Source: Patescibacteria group bacterium
GTDB lineage: Bacteria; Patescibacteriota; WWE3; UBA101185; UBA10185
Length of the DNA stretch: 64,000 bases
NCBI GenBank assembly: GCA_049322215.1
Contig: JBMORU010000001.1
Location: 969,759-1,033,758, forward strand
Direction of reading: 5' to 3'
The stretch's first letter is position 1; each line of letters opens with the position of its first letter. Below the pieces are notes generated by a model that saw nothing but the letters and a program-made list of their open reading frames with translations, did not search any database and had not been told where the DNA came from. Shown here one piece after another: positions 48,793 to 59,143 of the stretch. Made by a program: the position numbers and the translations under genes.

Positions 48793-49245
48793 TTACAAAG
48801 GGGCACTAACGTGCAGTAGCAACATGCCCATTTCACCAATTGGCCACCAAGCCTCATCATGGCATACACGCCCTTTACCGCTGTCTTTTTCAGGGTTAAG
48901 CACCGTGTGTAAAAACTTTTCTTCATCTGCCATAGAGGTGGGCAATGTCAAAATAAGATCAACATTTGGACTGCTGCGCTGAGTGTGCTTCCACGAAAGC
49001 CAGTGCAAATTCGCTCTGCTTCTGGTAAACGCCAGGTCAGCAAGCCTACTTAAAAATCCAACCCTAATAGCTAATCTGCGCAAAAGCACAGGTAGGGGAC
49101 GTCGATCAACAACGGTTACACTAAGAAAACCTGCATCCTCAACGTAAAAATCATAAACAACTTGTCCAGGAATAGCCTTTTGTATACGCAGAAACGGCAA
49201 AAGACTCTTGTCTACCTTTAAACCCTCATATACTTTATTTCGCAT
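48793..49245 (-). CDS. hypothetical protein (150 aa), GC-rich
   Basis: RBS AAGGAGAGA. I counted about 52% GC in 48841-48900. CCTATAGTG lies upstream on the minus strand. Confidence 0.45.
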   Translation of the reverse strand: MRNKVYEGLKVDKSLLPFLRIQKAIPGQVVYDFYVEDAGFLSVTVVDRRPLPVLLRRLAIRVGFLSRLADLAFTRSRANLHWLSWKHTQRSSPNVDLILTLPTSMADEEKFLHTVLNPEKDSGKGRVCHDEAWWPIGEMGMLLLHVSAPL

Positions 49246-49365
49246 TTGTTCTCTCCTTATAGTTTTGATAAGTAGGGAAATCTTAACACACTATAGGATC
49301 ATATGCATCTAAAATATACGCAATCAATTGAGTATATTAATAAAAATTGATATCATAGCAACGCT

Positions 49366-51963
49366 ATGTCAAAAGAAGAGATAACAGCCCTAGATGCTTC
49401 AAACAATAAGCAAGAGGCAACAAACCTAATAAAAGCTGATATTACAACCGAAATGCAAAAAGCGTATTTGGATTACTCTATGAGTGTTATTGTCTCAAGA
49501 GCATTACCTGATGTACGCGACGGATTAAAACCTGTACACAGAAGAATAATATACGCAATGCAAGATCAAACTATGTACTACAACGGAAAGTATCATAAAT
49601 GTGCAGCCGTTGTAGGTGAAGTTTTAAAAAAGTACCATCCTCATAGCGACACCTCAGTATACGATGCTTTAGTTCGTATGGCGCAAAACTTTTCATTACG
49701 CTACACCTTAATAGATGGACAGGGTAACTTTGGAAGCATTGACGGAGATCCTCCTGCTGCTATGCGTTATACCGAATGTAAAATGGAACAACTAGCCGGA
49801 GAACTATACCGTGACATAGACAAAGATACTGTTGATTTTATGTTAAATGACCTCCAAAACGAAGAACCCGCAGTTTTGCCATCTGTTATACCAAACGTGT
49901 TGCTTAACGGAGCACAAGGTATTGCTGTAGGAATGGCAACTAATATTCCACCACATAATTTAAATGAACTTATAGATGGAATTAACCTTTTAATTGAAAA
50001 CTCAGATTATATAGGAGAAAAACCTGAAAAAGATACTAAACATGAATCAGAAGAAATAATTGCTAAAACAGGATTTTCATCTTCTGCAACTGTAGAAGAT
50101 TTAGTAAAAGTTGTAAAAGGACCTGACTTTCCAACGGGCGGAATAATTTATGATCAAAAAGAAATTATTCAAATGTATGCTACAGGTAAAGGAAGAATAG
50201 TAACCAGAGCAAAAATGGAAATTGAAGAAGACAAAAAGGGTAGAATGCGCATCATTGTTACCGAAATTCCATATCAAGTTAACAAATCCTCATTAATTGA
50301 AAAAATTGCAAAACTCGTTAGAGATAAAAAAATAACTGGCGTCGCAGATTTAAGAGATGAATCAAACAGAAAAGGTATGCGTATAGTTATTGAACTTAAA
50401 AAAGATGCCTTACCTAAAAAAGTACAAAACAGATTGTATAAACATACGCCCCTTCAAACATCATTCAATGCAAATATGGTTGCGCTTTTAGACGGTGAAC
50501 CAAAATTAATGACTTTGAAGGTAATTTTGGAAGAATTTATTAAACATCGCCAAATAGTTGTTGTTAGAAGAACAATATTTTTACTTAAAAAAGCACGAGC
50601 TCGTCAGCACATTTTACTGGGCTTAAAAATAGCATTAGATAATTTAGATGAAGTCATAAAACTTATTAGAAATAGTAAAGATACCGAGGTTGCTAAAACT
50701 GGACTTATGACAAAGTTTAAACTGACTGAAATACAGGCGCAAGCAATTTTAGACATGCAATTACGTCGTTTAGCCGCACTTGAAAGACAAAAAATAGAAG
50801 ACGAACTAAAGCAGATAACAGAAACCATCGAAGACTACGAGGATTTATTAATTTCACCAGAAAGAATCATGACTGTAGTAAAAGATGAGTTAACAGAGAT
50901 AAGAGAAAAGTATGGTGATGAAAGAAAAACTAAGGTTATTAAGAGCAAAGTAGGGGAGCTGTCTGACGAAGATTTAATAGTGAATGAAAGTTGCATAATT
51001 ACTATTTCTAGAAGTGGTTATATTAAAAGATTGAAACCTGATACTTACAAAAAACAAGGCCGCGGCGGAAAAGGCGTTAAAGGACAAGAACTCAGAGAAG
51101 AGGATATTGTAGACACAATTCGCATATGTAATACGCATGACTACGCACTATTCTTTACTAATAAAGGTAAGGTATATAAATTAAGGATTTGGGAAATACC
51201 AGAAACACTAAGAACTGCAAAAGGAACCGCATTAGTTAACTTTTTGGGCATTTCGCAAAGTGAAAATATACAAGCCTTTATATCGTTATCTGCAGAGCAA
51301 ATGGATGCTGAAGAAGGATTTATTGTATTTGGAACTGAAAAAGGAACAGTAAAGAAAACTTCCTTAGCAGATTTTGCTAATATAAGGTCTTCAGGAATTA
51401 TGGCAATTAAAATAGCTGACGGGGATGATCTTGTTAGAGTGTTACTAAGTGATGGGAAATCTGACGTTTTAATGGTTACAGCACAAGGGCAGTCTATAAG
51501 ATTTCCTGAGAAACAAATTAGAACAATGGGACGCACAGCTGGAGGAGTAATGGGTATAAAACTGGTTAAAGATGATGATCAAGTAGTTGGGATGGATTTA
51601 ATAGATGAGAACTCTACAAAAACATGCAGTTTATTTGTAGTAACCGAAAAAGGGAATGGTAAAAAAACACTAGTTACTGAATATAAAGCACAAAACAGAG
51701 GTGGTTCTGGTATTTTAACTTATAAAGTCACACCAAAAACCGGAAAAGTTAACACAGGAAGAATCATAGATAGCAGTGTAGAAATGGATATATTAATTGT
51801 TTCTTCATCAGGAAAAGTAATTCGACTTGATGAAAAGCAAATACCACAGTTAGGTAGAGCAACACAAGGTGTTAGATTAATATCATTAAGTGCATCTGAT
51901 AAAGTTTCCTCCACAGCAATTATTTCAGAAGAAGAGGAGCTTGAGAAAATAGAGAATGAATAG
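49366..51963 (+). CDS. gyrA: DNA gyrase subunit A
   Basis: AMRYTE(C) catalytic Tyr region, QGNFGSIDGD, and a C-terminal beta-pinwheel. Confidence 0.9.
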   Translation: MSKEEITALDASNNKQEATNLIKADITTEMQKAYLDYSMSVIVSRALPDVRDGLKPVHRRIIYAMQDQTMYYNGKYHKCAAVVGEVLKKYHPHSDTSVYDALVRMAQNFSLRYTLIDGQGNFGSIDGDPPAAMRYTECKMEQLAGELYRDIDKDTVDFMLNDLQNEEPAVLPSVIPNVLLNGAQGIAVGMATNIPPHNLNELIDGINLLIENSDYIGEKPEKDTKHESEEIIAKTGFSSSATVEDLVKVVKGPDFPTGGIIYDQKEIIQMYATGKGRIVTRAKMEIEEDKKGRMRIIVTEIPYQVNKSSLIEKIAKLVRDKKITGVADLRDESNRKGMRIVIELKKDALPKKVQNRLYKHTPLQTSFNANMVALLDGEPKLMTLKVILEEFIKHRQIVVVRRTIFLLKKARARQHILLGLKIALDNLDEVIKLIRNSKDTEVAKTGLMTKFKLTEIQAQAILDMQLRRLAALERQKIEDELKQITETIEDYEDLLISPERIMTVVKDELTEIREKYGDERKTKVIKSKVGELSDEDLIVNESCIITISRSGYIKRLKPDTYKKQGRGGKGVKGQELREEDIVDTIRICNTHDYALFFTNKGKVYKLRIWEIPETLRTAKGTALVNFLGISQSENIQAFISLSAEQMDAEEGFIVFGTEKGTVKKTSLADFANIRSSGIMAIKIADGDDLVRVLLSDGKSDVLMVTAQGQSIRFPEKQIRTMGRTAGGVMGIKLVKDDDQVVGMDLIDENSTKTCSLFVVTEKGNGKKTLVTEYKAQNRGGSGILTYKVTPKTGKVNTGRIIDSSVEMDILIVSSSGKVIRLDEKQIPQLGRATQGVRLISLSASDKVSSTAIISEEEELEKIENE

Positions 51964-52966
51964 TGCATTTAGTGATTTACATGAAGTACTATTAATAAGC
52001 TCACAACCTCTTGATTCAGACTCTATTGCTAGTGGCACAATACTTAAAAAATACCTACAAAGTAAAAAAGTTAATGTTAAGCACATTTTCCCAAAGGAGT
52101 TAAGAGAAAAAGAAAAAGAAGCATTCATACATTTACCTTTTTTTGACGAATTCACAGGAGTTGACTCAAGAGAATTTCTTAAAGAAACCACATATGATGC
52201 GGTTATATTAGTAGACGGATCTAACGAAATACAGTTTTATGATTACGAAAATACTGATTTACCAGCGCCTGACTTTTCAGAACATGCCAAAATAATTGTT
52301 GTAGATCACCACCCAACAGACAACCCCAATTTAGGAAATACTATTATTAAAAACAAAAAAGCAAGTTCAGCTACCGAAGTAGTGCTAACTGATATAGTTC
52401 CCACAGAATTTTTAGACAGAGACCTGGCAATGCTAGCGTATGCAGGCATAGTAGGGGATACGGGAAACTTTCAATGGAACTTCACACCTTCTACAATGCG
52501 CTTAGCAGCAGATTTACTAGAAAAAGGTGCTGAGCCTATACAAATTACAGAAAGATACTTTAGAGATAAACCTGTAGAGTATTTTGACATGCTCAGCTTT
52601 GCCATTGAGCATACTGAGTATTTAGATGAAATACAAACTCAACTATTCGTACTGTCATACAATAGTATTCAAGAGCATAACTTAGATAAAGACAGATTAA
52701 GTTTAGTAAAGTATGCCTTTAAGTCAGCCTTAAGTGGTTTTGTTAAAGGATATCCAAGAGGAATAATGGTAACCGAATTTGAACCCGGTAAATTAAGTGT
52801 TTCAGGGCGTGGCAGCAATATTTATAACAAAATTTCATTGCCTGAGCTTTTTAAAGAAATGGGTGGAAACGGGGGCGGACATTTTAACTCAGCAGGAATG
52901 GGAATAAATATGGACATAGAAGAATTTAGAATCAAACTTTTCGATACTATTAAAAAGTTAATGTAG
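51956..52966 (+). CDS. DHH-DHHA1 phosphoesterase (NrnA-like oligoribonuclease / pAp phosphatase)
   Basis: IVVDHHPTD and GGNGGGHFNSAG motifs. Confidence 0.65.
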   Translation: MNSAFSDLHEVLLISSQPLDSDSIASGTILKKYLQSKKVNVKHIFPKELREKEKEAFIHLPFFDEFTGVDSREFLKETTYDAVILVDGSNEIQFYDYENTDLPAPDFSEHAKIIVVDHHPTDNPNLGNTIIKNKKASSATEVVLTDIVPTEFLDRDLAMLAYAGIVGDTGNFQWNFTPSTMRLAADLLEKGAEPIQITERYFRDKPVEYFDMLSFAIEHTEYLDEIQTQLFVLSYNSIQEHNLDKDRLSLVKYAFKSALSGFVKGYPRGIMVTEFEPGKLSVSGRGSNIYNKISLPELFKEMGGNGGGHFNSAGMGINMDIEEFRIKLFDTIKKLM

Positions 52967-52974
52967 CACTTCAT

Positions 52975-53616
52975 ATGGAAAAGTTAATTTATGAAAAAAA
53001 ACTATGGGAAAGTGGAGTAACTTCGATTGCTGGTGTAGATGAGGTTGGAAGAGGCTGCCTGGCAGGCCCTATGGTAGTAGCCAGCGTAATACTAAACAAA
53101 GACCATTTTACTGCAAATACAAAAGATAATTCACTTTTGATGGAAACTTATGTTCAAATAAAGGACTCTAAGAAGATTTCTTCTAAGAAACGTGATTATT
53201 TAAGTGAATTCATCCATGATGTATCCATAAACTACTCAATAGAGATTATCAGCCATGAAATAATAGATAATTCTGGAATTTCACATGCCACACAAATGGG
53301 ATTTTATAATGCTTTTAAAAAAAGCGGGGCGCAACACATATTAACTGATATGTTTGAAATAAAAGGTTTAGCCAAAAACAAGCAAACCAATATTAAGGGC
53401 GGGGATAACCTAAGTTTAACAATAGCAGCCGCTTCAATAGTTGCTAAAGTTTTTAGAGATAATTTAATGATAGAGCTAAATGAAAAGTACAAAAACTACG
53501 GTTTTTCTCAACATAAAGGTTATGGAACAAAAATGCACAAAGAGGCAATAGAGAAGTATGGGCCATGCGAAATACATCGCATGTCTTTTGAACCTTTAAA
53601 GTCATTGAAAATATAA
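52975..53616 (+). CDS. rnhB: ribonuclease HII
   Basis: IAGVDEVGRGCLAGPMVVA. Confidence 0.8.
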   Translation: MEKLIYEKKLWESGVTSIAGVDEVGRGCLAGPMVVASVILNKDHFTANTKDNSLLMETYVQIKDSKKISSKKRDYLSEFIHDVSINYSIEIISHEIIDNSGISHATQMGFYNAFKKSGAQHILTDMFEIKGLAKNKQTNIKGGDNLSLTIAAASIVAKVFRDNLMIELNEKYKNYGFSQHKGYGTKMHKEAIEKYGPCEIHRMSFEPLKSLKI

Positions 53617-53621
53617 AAAAG

Positions 53622-53655
53622 CCACTAATAAGTACAAAATACCTAAAGTGGCTTG
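53622..53655. terminator. hairpin (AGCCACT ... AGTGGCT) with an A-run before it and a U-run on the minus strand; putative bidirectional terminator
   Basis: Lies between the convergent rnhB and 53661 genes. Confidence 0.45.
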
Positions 53656-53660
53656 CCTGA

Positions 53661-54125
53661 CTACATCTTAAATAAGCTTTTTACTTTAATTAAAAGCCTA
53701 AATCCCCAAGTAAACCCCTTTCTTTTAACTGTAGACAACAAAGTTTGTTTGTTTAGTACAAGTTTAAACGCACGGTATCCAAATTTAGCGTCTGTTACTT
53801 CTTCAAAGTAAGATGTAAAACTATTGAAGTCTACTGATTCTTGAAGCAGCCCCTGCTTGATTAAACGCTTTAACAAAGCATCACGGTAATAATCAGGAAA
53901 CACCGGATTATTCAACTGCTCTCTACTAAAGTAAAGTGTAGGGTTAAACAAAAAAGTAAAACCTGATTTCCATTTATAACCTCGGGAAATATATATTCCA
54001 CCTTGAGAAATAGCCTTTTCATTATGTTTTAGACCAAATAACTCTTGTACAACACTTTCTGGCAGCAACAATTCACCATCTAAAGAAAAAAACGGCTCTC
54101 CAACTTCTACATTTAATGCTCTCAC
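53661..54125 (-). CDS. hypothetical protein (154 aa)
   Basis: ORF only; no recognisable motifs. Confidence 0.4.
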   Translation of the reverse strand: MRALNVEVGEPFFSLDGELLLPESVVQELFGLKHNEKAISQGGIYISRGYKWKSGFTFLFNPTLYFSREQLNNPVFPDYYRDALLKRLIKQGLLQESVDFNSFTSYFEEVTDAKFGYRAFKLVLNKQTLLSTVKRKGFTWGFRLLIKVKSLFKM

Positions 54126-54207
54126 AGTAATTCTCCTTTTTTTTCGTTGAATACAGGTAGTTTACTATAAGGTTGACCATAAGTATAACGCAAGGTAGTA
54201 TGGTCTA

Positions 54208-55290
54208 GTGGCGACAAAGTCTCAATTCGATAACCTACCACTAGCCTTATCTTACGACGATGTTCTTTTGCTACCTCAATACTCAGAAGTTGATTCCAGA
54301 GCACAGGTTATATTAGACACTAAAATTTCAAAAAATCTAAAACTTAAAATTCCACTTATAAGCACAAAAATGGATACGATTACCGGCGTTAGAATGGCAG
54401 CCAAAATGGGGGAACTGGGTGGAATGGGAATTTTACCAAGATTTGAAAGCATAGAATCGCAAGCTAAAAAGGTTGAGCAAGTTGCTAAATTTAAAGTAAT
54501 AGCAGCAGCGGCGGTAGGTTGTAACCCTGGTTTTTTTGAAAGAGCTAAAAGCTTAGTTGCGGCGGGGGCATCGGTAATAAATATAGATGTAGCGCACGGG
54601 CATATGAAAAAAAATATTGAAGCCACAAAAAAACTTAAAAACTACTTTGGCAATAACATTACACTTATATCTGGTATAGCTTCTACCTATGAATGCGCAG
54701 ATGACTTATTTAAGGCAGGAGCCGATGCTGTGTTAGTGGGTGTGGGGGCAGGATCAATATGTACAACAAGAATACAAACTGGCTCGGGTTCACCAGGGTT
54801 TTACTCTCTTGTAGAGGCAGCAAAAGCAGCAAGAAAACATAACAAGGTAGTTATACCTGATGCAGGCATTAGGACTTCAGGGGATATTGTTAAAGCGCTA
54901 GCTGCAGGAGCATCTGCGATTGTAGCAGGATCATTATTTGCAGGGACTGATGAAACCCCAGGCGACATAATAAAAATAGAGGGTAAAAAATATAAAAGAT
55001 ACAACGGGTCTGCTTCTGAATCTGAAAAAGAAAAACAAGTAAAGAAGGATCCAAACGGTAAAAATCTTATGTATACAAAACATATTGAAGGTGTGGAAGC
55101 GTTTAAGCCTTATAATGGCACAGTAGAGGAACTTATAATTAGGTTGTGTGCAGGAATAAGGTCGGGTTTAAGCTACAGCGGAGCATTCACTATTGAAGAA
55201 CTATGGAAAAAAGCAAAATTCATAAGAGTCACAAACGCAGGGGTAGTAGAAAGCAATGCCCATGATGTATTAGTTAATAGAAACTCTTAA
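54208..55290 (+). CDS. IMP dehydrogenase / GMP reductase family enzyme without CBS domains
   Basis: LSYDDVLLLPQYSEV N-terminus; catalytic loop GAGSICTTRI; 360 aa. Confidence 0.7.
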   Translation: MATKSQFDNLPLALSYDDVLLLPQYSEVDSRAQVILDTKISKNLKLKIPLISTKMDTITGVRMAAKMGELGGMGILPRFESIESQAKKVEQVAKFKVIAAAAVGCNPGFFERAKSLVAAGASVINIDVAHGHMKKNIEATKKLKNYFGNNITLISGIASTYECADDLFKAGADAVLVGVGAGSICTTRIQTGSGSPGFYSLVEAAKAARKHNKVVIPDAGIRTSGDIVKALAAGASAIVAGSLFAGTDETPGDIIKIEGKKYKRYNGSASESEKEKQVKKDPNGKNLMYTKHIEGVEAFKPYNGTVEELIIRLCAGIRSGLSYSGAFTIEELWKKAKFIRVTNAGVVESNAHDVLVNRNS

Positions 55291-55372
55291 GCAGAGTAGG
55301 GGAAATACGTCGTAAAATTTTTAAAAAGCGACGTTAAATCTCTTTTTTTTGAACATTTGGGTTTTAGTAAAG

Positions 55373-56359
55373 TTAAATTAAACTATTAATTTCGTCAGCA
55401 GTATCATCAACATCTTTATGAAACTTTGTGTGAATGTCTTTTAGCTGTTTATTTGTAACATGCGTATATATTTGGGTAGTAGACACATTAGAATGACCTA
55501 ATAGCTCTTGTACAGAACGTAAATCAGCACCCTCAGACAAAAGTCCGGTAGCAAATGTATGACGCAAAGTGTGTGGAGTAGCATCAATAGACAATCCGGC
55601 TCTAGTAACGTATTTTTTTATCATACGTTGCACACTTCTAGGCGTTAATCTTAAAGATTCGCCATCTTCATCACCAACTTCCATACGCTTGCCAGAATAA
55701 CGTAAGAATAAAGGTACGAAATTATCTCTACGCGTAGATAAGTAACGCTTTAACCAATCTTTAGCGCTAGGACTTAAATAAACTGTACGAACTTTTCGAC
55801 CTTTACCTACAACGGTAAATTCTCCTGAATTTAAATTTATGTCAGATACATCTAAATTTACTAATTCGCTTACACGTAACCCAGTGCTAAATAGGGTTTC
55901 AAGCATAGCTCTATCACGAATACCTGATTTCTTACTTAAATTTTGTGTTGAAAACAAGCCCTGCAATTGTTCTTCATTTAAAACTTTAGGAACACGTGCC
56001 TCTGGTTTACCTAAAATTATTTGTTCGGGGGATACTGTGTCTAAACCTAACTCCACCACAATGTATTTCAAAAAGGCACGAATTGCGACAAGAAATGTTT
56101 TTTGTGTAGATTTCTTGAATTCTTCATGCGATTTATTACTTATACGTCGGTTTAAATTTAAACGATACTTTCTAAGTAGTTCTTGATCAATATCGGATAC
56201 GTAAAAATCATCCTTCTTTAAATATGCCTTAGACCACTCAATAAAGTCATTTAAATAAAAATCGTACATACGAATTGTATTTTGAGAAAGGTTTTTTTCA
56301 ATTTCACAATGTTCTAAATAACGCGTAAGTAATTCTTTTAGAGATTTGGTCATAAACAT
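55373..56359 (-). CDS. tyrosine site-specific recombinase (XerC/XerD family)
   Basis: ...HTLRHTFATGLL...LLGHSNVSTTQIYTHV (R, H-x-x-R, and Y nucleophile). Confidence 0.8.
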   Translation of the reverse strand: MFMTKSLKELLTRYLEHCEIEKNLSQNTIRMYDFYLNDFIEWSKAYLKKDDFYVSDIDQELLRKYRLNLNRRISNKSHEEFKKSTQKTFLVAIRAFLKYIVVELGLDTVSPEQIILGKPEARVPKVLNEEQLQGLFSTQNLSKKSGIRDRAMLETLFSTGLRVSELVNLDVSDINLNSGEFTVVGKGRKVRTVYLSPSAKDWLKRYLSTRRDNFVPLFLRYSGKRMEVGDEDGESLRLTPRSVQRMIKKYVTRAGLSIDATPHTLRHTFATGLLSEGADLRSVQELLGHSNVSTTQIYTHVTNKQLKDIHTKFHKDVDDTADEINSLI

Positions 56360-56767
56360 ATGTTAACAAGAGTTAGAAAATTTTCAAACATAGAACATAG
56401 ATTATGCAAGTTTAAGATTTTGTAGACCTAGCATTAAAATTTACTCATTACATGTGATGCATAAGTCAACTAAAAAATAAAAATTGCTTACAGGGCATTC
56501 TAGAGCCTCACACCCATTATTTACTGTCACAACAACAAATAGTAAGAATCAGCATGTTTAAAACTGCTAAAAATGTAATGAAATAAAAAAAGACAAGTGA
56601 GGTATATACGCAAGAAATGAAAATGCGGCATTAAACGTTGAATAGAGTAGCTGCGCCGCAAACTAAAAATAAATTAACATACAATTAAACAAAAATTTGT
56701 TTGGTATTAAAAAGTAAATTAATTTGGATCAAATTATAGGGAACAGGTTAGAATATTAAAAAATACA

Positions 56768-56797
56768 AGACGTCGTATAATGTATGTTTAACGACGC
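56768..56797. other. candidate dif-like Xer recombination site: 11-bp arm ACGTCGTATAA, 6-bp spacer TGTATG, 11-bp arm TTTAACGACGC
   Basis: Imperfect palindrome (8 of 11 arm positions match). The core CGTATAATGTATGTT matches the E. coli dif core CGCATAATGTATATT (from memory) at 13 of 15 positions. It lies about 410 bp upstream of the xer gene. Confidence 0.4.
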
Positions 56798-57010
56798 CGA
56801 GGATTTATATGTATTGCAAGCACATAGATTCAACTGAATAGGGAGGCTTAATGGGATCACTCTATTAAAGCAGTTAATTTAGAAGAATTAATTATGTATT
56901 AATAAGTATTATTTATAGCTATTTATTTATTAATTCAGTTTTTATTTACGGCTTAGTAAAATTAATTCTTACTTGAGTACAAATTAAGTTATGCACAATT
57001 AACTTGAAAA

Positions 57011-57092
57011 GTATGACAACCCTCCCCTAGCCAAAGTATGACAACATAAACTATGACATTCTTACTTAAATTGCTTAACTAACTATGACAAC
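57011..57092. repeat. four direct repeats of TATGACA(A/T)(C/T): three copies TATGACAAC and one TATGACATT, at irregular spacing; iteron/operator-like
   Basis: Copies at 57011, 57036, 57051 and 57084, in the 840-bp AT-rich non-coding region. Confidence 0.4.
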
Positions 57093-57110
57093 ATTACAAC
57101 AAGCATTAGT

Positions 57111-57125
57111 GTAATAATACTATAG
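57111..57125 (-). promoter_or_regulatory. CCTATAGTATTAT promoter-like element on the minus strand (12 of 13 identical to the CCTATAGTATAAT motif), pointing into the non-coding region toward xer
   Basis: Reverse complement of TAATAATACTATAGG. Confidence 0.35.
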
Positions 57126-57197
57126 GTATTAGCAAATATAACTATGGGGTGTTAACAGCACTAGCACTTCCCTGCCTTCAGTTTTAGTCCTGTTTGT

Positions 57198-57992
57198 TTA
57201 AGGCTTAAATACAAGCAATAGTAGTAAAAATAATACTGTTACTAAAGAATATTCAAAAACAAATCTATTTGTTATTTTATTTTTTAAATGGGCTTGTAAG
57301 TAACCAATTCCCGACATCAAAATTGACGCATCAAACATTGCTAACAAAAAAGATTCTGTAGGTATAAATGAAACACTGATGCTCAAGGAAAAGACAACGA
57401 AGGAAACTAAGAAACTACCTATTAGTACGTCCCCTATTTTAAATACTTTAGAATCTTCATCAAAGCGTTGCGACCAAAAAGTGTAAACACTAAATAAAAA
57501 AGTTGAGCCACTAATAATTAAACTCTGGAAAACTGAGATTATAGGTACTTTAAAGATACCTGCAAAATAGGGAATACATACAACTACTATTAATATTTGG
57601 CTCCAGGTAACAGCGACTCTATATAAGGGAATGAGCTCGTTTTTTTGCTGCACAACAAGAAATATATTATTCATTAACGCAATAGCGTATGTAATTACAA
57701 ATAAAGCCCCCAGTGCCCCTACAACTACAAGTTTGCTTAAGTTTGGAAAAAACACTAAGGATAATAACGCCCCGATTACCGCATGAATATGTAAAAGTAT
57801 TACAGGTAAAGTGAGTTTAAAGCTGTTTATTGGTAAATGAATTAATACCCCACCTAAAACACAAAAAAGCAAAGACCCAACAAGAAAATAAAGACGCAAC
57901 TCCCCTGCTACAAAAGAAAAAAAATACAACAGAACAACCTGCACTAAAGCATATATAGAATATTTAACTTTTTTTGATATGACAAAACTCAT
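57198..57992 (-). CDS. polytopic membrane protein, hypothetical
   Basis: About 8 hydrophobic helices. It overlaps ruvC by 4 nt, indicating an operon. Confidence 0.5.
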   Translation of the reverse strand: MSFVISKKVKYSIYALVQVVLLYFFSFVAGELRLYFLVGSLLFCVLGGVLIHLPINSFKLTLPVILLHIHAVIGALLSLVFFPNLSKLVVVGALGALFVITYAIALMNNIFLVVQQKNELIPLYRVAVTWSQILIVVVCIPYFAGIFKVPIISVFQSLIISGSTFLFSVYTFWSQRFDEDSKVFKIGDVLIGSFLVSFVVFSLSISVSFIPTESFLLAMFDASILMSGIGYLQAHLKNKITNRFVFEYSLVTVLFLLLLLVFKP

Positions 57993-58480
57993 TTTACCTT
58001 CACTTTTATATAGTCTTTATGAAAGTAGCAGAGACCCATTGCCACAGCATCATTAGCATCATCAGGTCGTAATATCTCCTCTAGGTTCATAAATTGTTTA
58101 ACTGCTGACTGCAACTCTTTCTTATTAGCTCTTCCATAGCCTGTTAAAACTTGTTTGGCTTGTAAAGCAGTATATTCAATTATTTGCACATCATAATGAG
58201 CAGCAACTAGCAAAGGTATTCCCCGAGCTTGACCTACAGACATCGCGGTTTTAACGTTAGTGTTAAAAAACAAGCGTTCTATTACCATAACCTCAGGCGT
58301 ATGTACTTTCATAAGTTCGTGAAGGTTTTCATAAAGCATTCGTAGCCTTTTAGACATAGCTATACCGGCAGGTGTAGAAATAACAGCGCTATCAATCAAC
58401 TCTGGTTTTTGACTTCCGTTAAATTTTAAGACACCATAGCCTGTGGAGGCAGTGCCTGGATCTATACCTAGGACTATCAT
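57989..58480 (-). CDS. ruvC: Holliday junction resolvase RuvC
   Basis: MIVLGIDPGTASTGYGV...VIERLFF. Confidence 0.85.
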   Translation of the reverse strand: MIVLGIDPGTASTGYGVLKFNGSQKPELIDSAVISTPAGIAMSKRLRMLYENLHELMKVHTPEVMVIERLFFNTNVKTAMSVGQARGIPLLVAAHYDVQIIEYTALQAKQVLTGYGRANKKELQSAVKQFMNLEEILRPDDANDAVAMGLCYFHKDYIKVKVK

Positions 58481-58511
58481 GCTTTATAATTTTAACATAT
58501 ACGAATTGTAA

Positions 58512-59066
58512 CTAGTTTAAATACTTGTCTGGTATATCAAAATTAGCATATACCTCTTGCACATCATCTTGATCTTCAAGCAAATCTATAATTCGTAGTA
58601 AAGTTTTTGCTTGAGACGGGTCTTCTACGGGAATTTCAAAACTTGGCTCCCCTGTTATGACATCAAAAATATAGGCAGTACTACCTGCTTCACCTAAAGA
58701 GCCTCCATTTTTGTTAAATATGGTTCTTATTTCTGCTACTGTTCTATTTTTGTTATCAGTGAGTGCCGATACATAAAAAGCCACTCCCCCAGGGCCATAC
58801 CCTTCATAAGAGACTTCAATAAAAGCGGCGCCATTACCTGCACCTAAACCTTTTTGAATAGCTTTTTCAATATTATCTTTTGGCATACTGGCCTTTTTTG
58901 CCTTATCAACAGCTAAACGCAACCTTGGATTTGCATCTATGTCTCCCCCACCCTCTTTAGCAGCCACAGATATTAAACGACTCATTTTAGAAAAAACTTT
59001 GCTTTTTTTTGCATCGTTCGCATTTTTTGTTCTTTGAATGTTTTTCCATTTAGAATGTCCTGCCAT
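58512..59066 (-). CDS. yebC: YebC/PmpR-family transcriptional regulator (short, 184 aa)
   Basis: [12 protein letters not shown]-terminus; yebC-ruvC synteny. Confidence 0.8.
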   Translation of the reverse strand: MAGHSKWKNIQRTKNANDAKKSKVFSKMSRLISVAAKEGGGDIDANPRLRLAVDKAKKASMPKDNIEKAIQKGLGAGNGAAFIEVSYEGYGPGGVAFYVSALTDNKNRTVAEIRTIFNKNGGSLGEAGSTAYIFDVITGEPSFEIPVEDPSQAKTLLRIIDLLEDQDDVQEVYANFDIPDKYLN

Positions 59067-59143
59067 AACTCAAATAATATCACATGAAGCCTAAGTTAGA
59101 GCAAATGTTTGCCAACCAACTTAAGAAATGTTAGTTTTCATAC

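Noticed and set aside
54122-54304. 60-aa minus-strand ORF overlapping the start of the IMPDH-family gene.
   Set aside because: It lies antisense in the promoter and 5' coding region of a well-supported gene, and has no RBS.
57140-57197. GUGCUGUU and GGAAG-like strings on the minus strand, reminiscent of SRP (4.5S) RNA domain IV.
   Set aside because: The order and spacing of the elements are inconsistent with the SRP RNA helix 8 consensus, and no flanking helices are evident.
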